A DNA stretch of 64,000 nt from Promethearchaeota archaeon (GTDB lineage: Archaea > Asgardarchaeota > Heimdallarchaeia > Hodarchaeales > Hodarchaeaceae), in NCBI GenBank assembly GCA_048938105.1, contig JBHLMN010000010.1, positions 64,001-128,000 on the forward strand, read 5' to 3'. The notes beneath the pieces were generated by a model, which had not been told where the DNA came from, did no database searches, and saw only the letters and a program-made list of their open reading frames with translations. A program made the translations under genes and the position numbers. How positions within the stretch are numbered: the first letter of the stretch is position 1; each line of letters opens with the position of its first letter. Positions 47,365 to 55,361 of the stretch are shown here, in pieces.

Positions 47365-48264
47365 ATGATACGAATCCCTAAACACATCTATGAAAAATTC
47401 TTACGTTTTGCTCTTGAGAATGCCAACCCCTTAGACTCACAAGACTGGAAAGAATGCATCGGATTAGTTTTAGGACGAATCACAGAAGATGAGGTTATTG
47501 TAACAGACATTGTCCCCATCGGATCTGGGACTGCAGTTTTTGTTGACATTACGGATTATGAAAAGGTCTTTTCGTTAATTTCACCTAGTAGGATTAACTC
47601 TGGAGAAGTCATTGTAGGATGGGCACACACTCATCCAGGACTTGGTCTCTTTTTATCAGCCACAGATATACGTACACAGCAGATGTATCAGCAGATGCAT
47701 CCAAAAGCATTTGCTCTTGTATTAGATCCCACAAAAATTTCCAAAAATTTCTCTGGATTCAACATCTATCGTCTTGATGAAGTAGGATCTCATCCCACAT
47801 TAGTAGATTATGATTTTGACGAGTATTTTGATTTTTTTGCCAGTCGAGAAACCCTTACCTCTGAATTATATCTAGTTCCAGTACCTGAAGTTCCAACCAT
47901 TATTTCGGAAAAAGAAATATCTTGGAAGGCTATAAGAATTATGCTCAATGGAGATACAGAGATTCCGGTTAATCAACCCTTTGAAGTAAAATTAGAAATT
48001 AATTTACCCTTTCGTCAATTCATTCGTATAGAATATCAAATAGAGATAGATGATATGACTGAGGATCCGTTCTCAATGCAAATGCTTTATAGTAAGACTA
48101 TTTATAACGAAACAATCACTTCAGGCACCCTTAGCATCTTTACTTTTCGTCCCAAAGAGAGAAAATCCACTTATATTCGTATTAAAGGCTTAATTTTATC
48201 AGATTACCGACAAAAACTTGAAAAAATGCCAGATTTATATTTAAAAACTCAAATTAAAGGATAA
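47365..48264 (+). CDS. JAB1/MPN/Mov34 (JAMM) metalloprotease with C-terminal beta-rich domain
   Basis: ECIGLVLG...VGWAHTHPGLGLFLSATD..TQ..YQ...ALVLDP. Confidence 0.92.
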   Translation: MIRIPKHIYEKFLRFALENANPLDSQDWKECIGLVLGRITEDEVIVTDIVPIGSGTAVFVDITDYEKVFSLISPSRINSGEVIVGWAHTHPGLGLFLSATDIRTQQMYQQMHPKAFALVLDPTKISKNFSGFNIYRLDEVGSHPTLVDYDFDEYFDFFASRETLTSELYLVPVPEVPTIISEKEISWKAIRIMLNGDTEIPVNQPFEVKLEINLPFRQFIRIEYQIEIDDMTEDPFSMQMLYSKTIYNETITSGTLSIFTFRPKERKSTYIRIKGLILSDYRQKLEKMPDLYLKTQIKG

Positions 48265-48273
48265 TGGAGTTAT

Positions 48274-49020
48274 TTATTGGGCAGGTTCACGGTATTTACG
48301 ATCACCATATAATCCGAATATAACTAGTGCTAAGAAAATGAATAAAACACCTATAAATGCATAAATAATTACAACAGGTGGGGTTGGATAGCTTTTTATA
48401 AGGCTGAAAGTTATATTTTGGTGATAAAAACTATCGACTGGTGTTTCATCTCCACGATAAATATGATACTGCACTCGGAACACAAATTTGTAGATCCCAT
48501 ACCTAATTAGATCTAGTGAAGGAACAATTACTACTTCGGATTTAGTAGAATTAGGTTCAAGAATGAATTCAATAAGGTTAAGTTTGGGATCATCTGGATT
48601 ATAATAAAGAGAAAGAACTGCAGTACGATTCAAGGTATCTTTTTCTCCAGAAATCACTCTATAGACATCTACTGCAAAATGGTGGATGACTAGGCTCACT
48701 GAACTTCCAATTACAGTGGAATAGCTAGCATTAATACGAAGGGATGTTTTGTTCACCAATTGTGGTAATGGATATTCCTGAAATTCAGGATTTAATGCCT
48801 CTGAAATTAAATCATCTAGAGGTACAAATCGATTTTGGACCTTTGCTTCGATATTTACCACATCAATAATGAGTAAATCGTTACTAGCATTTACAGTGTT
48901 AGGAGATGATTTAATTGCAACTGGAAAAACAGAGTGTTGTTGACCAAAACCGCTTGAAATGGTAATTATTAACAATAAAATCATAGCTTTTGGAAATAAT
49001 TTTATCATTAGCTGTTTCAA
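48274..49020 (-). CDS. Exported beta-rich protein with C-terminal membrane anchor
   Basis: Signal peptide, beta-strand pattern, C-terminal TM followed by DRKYR. Confidence 0.6.
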   Translation of the reverse strand: MKQLMIKLFPKAMILLLIITISSGFGQQHSVFPVAIKSSPNTVNASNDLLIIDVVNIEAKVQNRFVPLDDLISEALNPEFQEYPLPQLVNKTSLRINASYSTVIGSSVSLVIHHFAVDVYRVISGEKDTLNRTAVLSLYYNPDDPKLNLIEFILEPNSTKSEVVIVPSLDLIRYGIYKFVFRVQYHIYRGDETPVDSFYHQNITFSLIKSYPTPPVVIIYAFIGVLFIFLALVIFGLYGDRKYREPAQ

Positions 49021-49214
49021 CCTTGTACATCTAGCTAAAACGCCCTGTTATAAAAATTGGGCATTTGGACATTTATTTCTTAATCAGATATAAGTGTTGA
49101 AGCTGTGATGATTCTTCAATACCTTTTTTAATATTCAATCCCGACATACACCCTTTAAACCCAGTCACTAAGGATTGGTCAGATAAGAAACTAAAAACAA
49201 ATTTCGAGTAAAAA

Positions 49215-49832
49215 TCAGTCTGTAAAAAGTATAGCATGCACTTTATCGCGAATGAAATCTTCACGACGACTTAATCTTGCCTCAATTGTATTAAATACAC
49301 TTAGGGATTCCTTACAAATTATTGCCCCACCTTCATCTAAATCACTCTCTGTTGTCGTTACTTTAAGTGAGGTTTTATTACCACTAGCTTTCATGATTTT
49401 AGATTGTATATCCTTAATATCGATTAATGATACGTCTTCGGGTGTGAGCTTAACGGTTAACTCTCCTCCCTCAAGAGAAACTCCTCCTTGTACAATAAGA
49501 TCAATCAAAGCGGAGCAATATTCTTCAGATTTTTTATCTTTCCATTCCTGGATTCGTTTGAGGCTATTCGCTAATATTTGTTTCAATAACATCTCTTTTA
49601 CATTATTAATCTCAATTTTACTGATTATCCGAAGTCGAGATAATTCACGTTGAGCTTTTTGCTCTTCCTCTTTCTCTATTTCAACTAAAATCTTCTGTGC
49701 TATTCGTTCTGACTCACTTCGCGCTTGATTGAGGATCTTGGTTGCTTCTTCCTTGGCGTTTTGAACAATCTCTTTAGCCTGCTGATTAGCTTCTAGGATT
49801 ATTTCGTTTTCAAAATAGTCAATTTCCGCCAT
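49215..49832 (-). CDS. atpE: A/V-type ATP synthase subunit E
   Basis: IILEANQQAKEI..A coiled coil, GGAII, NTIEARL, C-terminal ILF. Confidence 0.88.
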   Translation of the reverse strand: MAEIDYFENEIILEANQQAKEIVQNAKEEATKILNQARSESERIAQKILVEIEKEEEQKAQRELSRLRIISKIEINNVKEMLLKQILANSLKRIQEWKDKKSEEYCSALIDLIVQGGVSLEGGELTVKLTPEDVSLIDIKDIQSKIMKASGNKTSLKVTTTESDLDEGGAIICKESLSVFNTIEARLSRREDFIRDKVHAILFTD

Positions 49833-49971
49833 AATCTTTCCTTTCTATTTTCAAGATGGTTTTTTAAAGTGTTCGTTCCTTCTGAAAGCCCCTACAACAT
49901 TATCAACAATTCATCAGTACTGATGGACTTCAAGTGAGAAACTAAATGAATCTTTTTATGTAGTTCTATAT

Positions 49972-51000
49972 TTAATCAAGTTGCATTATTGGATATTCTT
50001 CAGTTAGTAAGCTTTCTATTACTGCTCGAATCGCATTTTGTGCTTCTTTAACTTCTTCAATATTGAAAAATTTACTAATTTCCTTTTCAACAAGATAATC
50101 TGGTTCTTTTTCCCCGTCTTCGGATAGAATAAGGAAGATTTCTTTTTCAAGTACACCACGAGAGAATTTCGTTTTTAATTGATTGAAAATAATCTCATAT
50201 GCAAGCATAATTTCTAATTGGTGATCATTGATTCTATTAATGACCCCCTCACTAAGAATTAGAACTGAAAAAACCTCTTTAACTCGATTAACAGAATTTA
50301 AAGTGAAAATAGGGACAAAAATCGGTTCAAAGCGACTCTCCACATGGAGTTGAAACAGATGAGCATTCACATAAACTCTATATTTATTTACAAGTTGGGA
50401 ATATTCCTTAAGACTAGAATGTATATTAGCTAGGGCACTTTTAGCTTTTTGAAATTCCTTTAAATGCTTCATTCGTTCAGCTTTTACTTTTTCAATAATA
50501 GAAGCAGTAGGGATGACTTTAAGGCCCATTCTAATCTTCATCCTCAACTGAACCTCAATCATTTCTGTGAAATCCTTATAAGGGATAATTTCACGTTTTT
50601 GCCGACGAATAGGATGAAGACGTTTGATATCTTCAAAAGCTTTGATTTCTGCTTCTAAGATAGATTGATTGTTGCACATGATCCACCTTGTTACCGCAGT
50701 AAAATATTGCATTCCTGTTTGAAAAGCTAATGAGTCTAAGGATTGAAATATAGGGATAGAAAATGCAATTAAAAGAAAATCTTCTCCCTCTTGTGATATT
50801 AATTGAAAAAAAAACGGACTAATCTTTTTATTTTCTCGCTGCAATAAACCATTAACACCGAAAAAACGGACACGATCAATCACATCCAATAATTCTTCAT
50901 ATTGGATGGTAACTCTCTCGAATTCCATAGCCATCCACTCTTCAATCACCAAGTGAAACTGAAACCTTTGACCTGGTGGAATATCATCCCGAGAGCTCAT
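49972..51000 (-). CDS. Hypothetical protein with a degenerate M48-like zincin motif
   Basis: Long clean ORF; LILSEGVINRINDHQLEIMLAYEIIF. Confidence 0.55.
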   Translation of the reverse strand: MSSRDDIPPGQRFQFHLVIEEWMAMEFERVTIQYEELLDVIDRVRFFGVNGLLQRENKKISPFFFQLISQEGEDFLLIAFSIPIFQSLDSLAFQTGMQYFTAVTRWIMCNNQSILEAEIKAFEDIKRLHPIRRQKREIIPYKDFTEMIEVQLRMKIRMGLKVIPTASIIEKVKAERMKHLKEFQKAKSALANIHSSLKEYSQLVNKYRVYVNAHLFQLHVESRFEPIFVPIFTLNSVNRVKEVFSVLILSEGVINRINDHQLEIMLAYEIIFNQLKTKFSRGVLEKEIFLILSEDGEKEPDYLVEKEISKFFNIEEVKEAQNAIRAVIESLLTEEYPIMQLD

Positions 51001-51051
51001 AATACCGTTATTACTCCTTTAGTTTAGTAGATAAACCTACTCATAAAAAAG

Positions 51052-52104
51052 TTAATAGCGTTTACCTGCACGTCGATAAGCGACTCCAAAGAGGAACAAG
51101 AAAATCCCAAAAGCTAAGAGAATAGCTGTGGAACGACTAATAACTTCTAAATCTCCAGAAACAAAGTTCACTATCTGAAAAAAGACGAGAGTCAACCAAC
51201 CTATGATACTAGTATCCCTACTTGTTGTGAGTCCTTTCCAATACCTCACAATAAGCATCAAAATTCCTAAAATCACTGCGCCGATATGAAATAATTGGAG
51301 AAAAGCTTCTGTGGGAAAGATATCTTTAGAAACAACTAGGTAAATGAATTCTAAAAATAAAAAGAGTGCAGCTGAAATAAGAGTAATAAGAGGGCCAGGA
51401 ACTCTTACAGTGTGATCAACTTGTTGAGCACCTTCGTAAATTAAGTATAAAATACCTCCAATTGTTGCAGAATCCGCTAATATCAATGCTGAGGTGTAAA
51501 TAACATCTAATTGGGTATTCCAAATATTGAAAAGCTTCAGGAAGAAACCTAGAATACCAGATTGTTCACCAAGCGGATCATAACCAAAATAAAATCCAAT
51601 AATTACCAGTAGTGGTAATGGTAAATAAAGTAGAGTTAGTATTATAGTTTTTCGCTGAGTAGAGATTAATTTTCCTTCTTCACGCCATTTAAAAAGGTAC
51701 ACTGCAATGAAATACCCACCAAGTAATGAAACAATGGGAGTAATCATGGGGAATAGAAAGATTATACCCACAATAAAATTAAAGCCGTAAAATGCTTTAA
51801 CTGTGGTTGGTAATCGCCAAACTTCTTTCCCAAAAGATTCATAAGCATCTCCAATTTGATATCTACTACCATAGGTCCAAAAAAAGAAAGGAACTGACAT
51901 GAAAAGAGGCCCAATTCCATAGATAATAATATCTGACAAGATACGTAAATCTCCCGTGTTTAAAAACCAAATAACCCCCTCTACAAAGACAAAAGATAAT
52001 AAATAAAAGTATACAGGGATAAATATAAATTGTAGAATCACTACCAACCTTCCATAATGAATATAGGTTTCGTAATCACTCAATTGATTTCCTACTCCAA
52101 ACAA
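51052..52104 (-). CDS. Polytopic membrane protein of unknown function
   Basis: About 9-10 hydrophobic segments. Confidence 0.65.
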   Translation of the reverse strand: MFGVGNQLSDYETYIHYGRLVVILQFIFIPVYFYLLSFVFVEGVIWFLNTGDLRILSDIIIYGIGPLFMSVPFFFWTYGSRYQIGDAYESFGKEVWRLPTTVKAFYGFNFIVGIIFLFPMITPIVSLLGGYFIAVYLFKWREEGKLISTQRKTIILTLLYLPLPLLVIIGFYFGYDPLGEQSGILGFFLKLFNIWNTQLDVIYTSALILADSATIGGILYLIYEGAQQVDHTVRVPGPLITLISAALFLFLEFIYLVVSKDIFPTEAFLQLFHIGAVILGILMLIVRYWKGLTTSRDTSIIGWLTLVFFQIVNFVSGDLEVISRSTAILLAFGIFLFLFGVAYRRAGKRY

Positions 52105-52242
52105 TCGTCTGACTTGCTAAAGAGAATACAAGATTCTTTTTAAAAACATACCTCTTGCATTCCTTAAAAATAAATTCCTTGGGTCAATTTTAAGAAGCCA
52201 ACCCTTGGATGCTCCAATTAAGATTTTGGTGAGAATAGCAAG

Positions 52243-52554
52243 ATGAGTAATTCAAAAGAAGAGGAGAAATTTCCCTATAAATCAGAATACTATCATTTGA
52301 TCAAGGGGAAGACTATCTCACGACGGGGCAGGTGGTGGACAGCAGTCCTTCTAGTCCAAAATGCTGAAGATGCCGATAAACGAATTGTCGTCATCCAACG
52401 TTGGCAACAACGCAGAAGAGCTGACCCTAATGCAGAGGGGAAAATGTCAAACTACTGGGCGCCTGCGAAATCTTTTACACTCAACTCTAGTAAACCTTGG
52501 GAAACCCTCAAAGAAACTGTTGAAGAATGGCTTTCAACAAATGACTGGAAGTAA
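52243..52554 (+). CDS. Small basic Trp-rich hypothetical protein (possible PC4-like fold)
   Basis: GGTGAG upstream; beta-strand run followed by a C-terminal helix. Confidence 0.6.
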   Translation: MSNSKEEEKFPYKSEYYHLIKGKTISRRGRWWTAVLLVQNAEDADKRIVVIQRWQQRRRADPNAEGKMSNYWAPAKSFTLNSSKPWETLKETVEEWLSTNDWK

Positions 52555-52636
52555 TTAAGACCTCTTTGATAGTGGTTAAAGCCTAATATTCTAAATAAAA
52601 AGGATTTATGAAAAGACAGAGAATTATTGAGTCCTT

Positions 52637-53968
52637 CTAAGCAATTTTGATATACTCATAAGCCTTCCTAGCTGATTCGAAACCATAATGGATTTTTTGA
52701 TAATCTGTACGGAATTTTGCAACTTCTTTAGCAACCTCAGTTGGATTTTTCTGATCTACAATGACAGCTTTAAAGAATTCTGCGATCTGTTCCATTTCAT
52801 TTTCTTTCATCCCCAATCGAGTAACTTCCTGTGATCCAATACGAATCCCCCCTGGGTTCTTATAGTTACGTTTTTCTATGATGTCCCATGGAAGGAGATT
52901 GCGATTAGCAACAATATTTGCCTTTTCTAATCGTTGTTCGACATCTTTTCCTAATCCAATCGTATCTTGAAAATTACTGATATCAACTAGGAGTGTGTGA
53001 GATTCTGTAAAGCCTTTCTCTGGACAAACTACTTGAAAACCTCTTTCATACAACGCCTGACCCAAAGCTTTGGCATTCGTGATCACTTGTTTGGAATAAG
53101 GTACACCATATTTCTTGAATTCAACAGCAGCAACGGCAAGGGCTGCTACATGCATCAGATGATGATTAGATGTCGTACTAGGGAAAGCTGCTGATTTTAT
53201 CTTTTCCGCGAGTTCTTCTCTAGCTGCTATAACGATCCCTTTTTGAGGCCCTGGAAATGTTTTGTGAGTTGACATTGTCATTGTATCAGTTCCTTCTCGT
53301 AAAGGGTCTTGAAATTGTTTAGCTGCAATCAATCCTGCAACATGAGCAGCATCATAATTTACATGAGCTCCAACCTCATGAGCTATAGGTGCTAATTCTT
53401 TCACTGGATGAGGAAAAAGGAAAACACTGGCACCAAACTGAACGAGTTTCGGTTTTCTTTCTCCAATAGCTTTGATAGCTGCATCAACATCAATATTCAA
53501 GCCATATCGATCAAATGGAATATATTCAACATTTAATCGCGAAACAGCCCCTGCTGTACCGCCTATAAACGCTCCAGTTGAAGCTTTGAGTGGTCCAGAG
53601 CTAATATGACCACCAACAGGTATAGAAATTGCCATCATCTTATCATTGGCCTGGGTAAATGCAGTATAGACGGTCAAATTAGCAACAACACCAGAAATTG
53701 GCCGAGCATCTATAAATGGTGCATCAAAAATCTCTTTTAACAATTTTAAACATAATTCTTCAATTTCATCAAAGTATTGATTCCCTGGATAGACTCGTTC
53801 ACCTATCCAACCTTCTGCATATCGATGTGCAAGATCAGAAATCGCAGCTTCTCGTACTGCAGGACTTGTCACATTTTCACTTGCAATAAGAGGGATTGAA
53901 TTACTCCAGTAATCATGATGCTTTTCCAATATGGATCTAATTTTTATAAAATCAGGATCTAAAGCCAT
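52637..53968 (-). CDS. glyA: Serine hydroxymethyltransferase (archaeal type)
   Basis: LIASEN, RYAEG, GGHIS, YDAAHVAGLIA, STHKTFPGPQ, SNHH. Confidence 0.97.
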   Translation of the reverse strand: MALDPDFIKIRSILEKHHDYWSNSIPLIASENVTSPAVREAAISDLAHRYAEGWIGERVYPGNQYFDEIEELCLKLLKEIFDAPFIDARPISGVVANLTVYTAFTQANDKMMAISIPVGGHISSGPLKASTGAFIGGTAGAVSRLNVEYIPFDRYGLNIDVDAAIKAIGERKPKLVQFGASVFLFPHPVKELAPIAHEVGAHVNYDAAHVAGLIAAKQFQDPLREGTDTMTMSTHKTFPGPQKGIVIAAREELAEKIKSAAFPSTTSNHHLMHVAALAVAAVEFKKYGVPYSKQVITNAKALGQALYERGFQVVCPEKGFTESHTLLVDISNFQDTIGLGKDVEQRLEKANIVANRNLLPWDIIEKRNYKNPGGIRIGSQEVTRLGMKENEMEQIAEFFKAVIVDQKNPTEVAKEVAKFRTDYQKIHYGFESARKAYEYIKIA

Positions 53969-54120
53969 ATACTTCTCACCAATTGTATCCTAGTGGTAGT
54001 TCTTGTAATTTGGATTAACCGATTGTGATAACACATTAACTGCTAAAATTTTAAATAAATTCTCAAGACACTTGCAGATATCTAACTATTTGCTTGATCT
54101 GTTTAAATATTGATTTTTCA

Positions 54121-54160
54121 AACCTCTTTTTGCTTTCAAGAGGTTCATTTCTTTATAATA
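54121..54160. promoter_or_regulatory. Inverted repeat next to a TATA-like box between divergent glyA and gcvT
   Basis: AACCTCTT-N9-AAGAGGTT (54121-54145), then TTTATAATA at about 54152. Confidence 0.4.
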
Positions 54161-54204
54161 AATTATTAAGGGAAACACTAATTGAATTAATGTAGTGATC
54201 ACCT

Positions 54205-55347
54205 GTGAAAACTCAACTTTATAATTGGCATGCAAAGAATGGCGATATAATCGATTTCTCAGGATTCCAGATGCCTGTAATGTATAGATCCATTAAAGAA
54301 GAACATATGGCAGTAAGAAATACTACTGGTCTTTTTGATGTCTCACACATGGGTCGTATGTGGATTGAAGGACATGATGCAGAAAATTTTTTGAATTTAC
54401 TTGTACCCAGAGACCTCACAAAAACCCAAATAGGCAAAGCATCTTACACATTCATGTTGAATGAACAGGGAGGTTTTAGAGACGACATGATTTTCGCAAG
54501 AATCAAGAGAGATAAGTGGTTAATGGTTTGGAATGCAGGAAATCTTACAAAAATTAAATTGTGGATGGAATCTTTCAAAAATACTCTCAATCAATTTGTA
54601 GATTTAGATATTTCATTGATGGATATTTCTCCTACTTCTGCCATGTTTGCCTTACAAGGACCAGAATACCAAGATACATTAATAGCAGCTTTTGAGGGAA
54701 AAATTGAAGCACCACTTCCTTGGAGTATTATAAGAGCAAAATACAATGATATTGAACTCTTATTGTCTGGGACTGGGTATACTGGAGAAAAAGGGTGTGA
54801 AATCATAATCTTAAACACAACGTTTGAAGAGCCAATAAGAGCAAAAAAGATTTGGAGACTCCTTATTGAGGCTGGTAGTAAACCTTGTGGACTTGGAGCG
54901 AGAGACTCTCTTCGTCTCGAAGCAGGACTAGCTCTTTATGGGAATGATATTGACGAAAATATTAATCCTATTGAAGCTGATCTCTTCTTCACTCCTTTTA
55001 TTCACATGGATAAGACCTATTTCATAGGGAAATCTCAACTGGAATATTTCTCTGATCATATGCCCAACCGTACCCGTGTAGGATTTATTGCCCAGAAAAA
55101 AGGGCCTAGCCCAAGAGCTGGGATACATCTGTTAAAAGATGGTCAAGAAATTGGCATTGTAACCTCTGGAGGTTTCTCTCCTCTGTTAAATATTGGAATT
55201 GGAATGGGATATGTGCTTAGAAGCTTGAGTAAAGAAGGAACTTCCATTCAGTATGAAGTTAGAGGAAAATTTCATGAAGCTAAAATCCTAAAATTCCCCT
55301 TATTTGATGCTACTAAGTATGGAAAAACCAGAAAGAGTTTAGATTAA
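54205..55347 (+). CDS. gcvT: Glycine cleavage system aminomethyltransferase T
   Basis: F.G..MP..Y, EH.AVR...GLFDVSHMG, TGYTGE.G.E, GLGARDSLRLEAG. Confidence 0.96.
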   Translation: MKTQLYNWHAKNGDIIDFSGFQMPVMYRSIKEEHMAVRNTTGLFDVSHMGRMWIEGHDAENFLNLLVPRDLTKTQIGKASYTFMLNEQGGFRDDMIFARIKRDKWLMVWNAGNLTKIKLWMESFKNTLNQFVDLDISLMDISPTSAMFALQGPEYQDTLIAAFEGKIEAPLPWSIIRAKYNDIELLLSGTGYTGEKGCEIIILNTTFEEPIRAKKIWRLLIEAGSKPCGLGARDSLRLEAGLALYGNDIDENINPIEADLFFTPFIHMDKTYFIGKSQLEYFSDHMPNRTRVGFIAQKKGPSPRAGIHLLKDGQEIGIVTSGGFSPLLNIGIGMGYVLRSLSKEGTSIQYEVRGKFHEAKILKFPLFDATKYGKTRKSLD

Positions 55348-55361
55348 AACTCTATTCTTGA

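Noticed and set aside
46570-48264. trmI TAG stop is immediately followed in frame by the JAMM ORF (nuoD/nuoH is similar), suggesting pyrrolysine or read-through fusion
   Set aside because: Both proteins are complete on their own and each has a start codon. The same abutting arrangement occurs with TAA at nuoH/nuoI, and no pyl genes are in the window.
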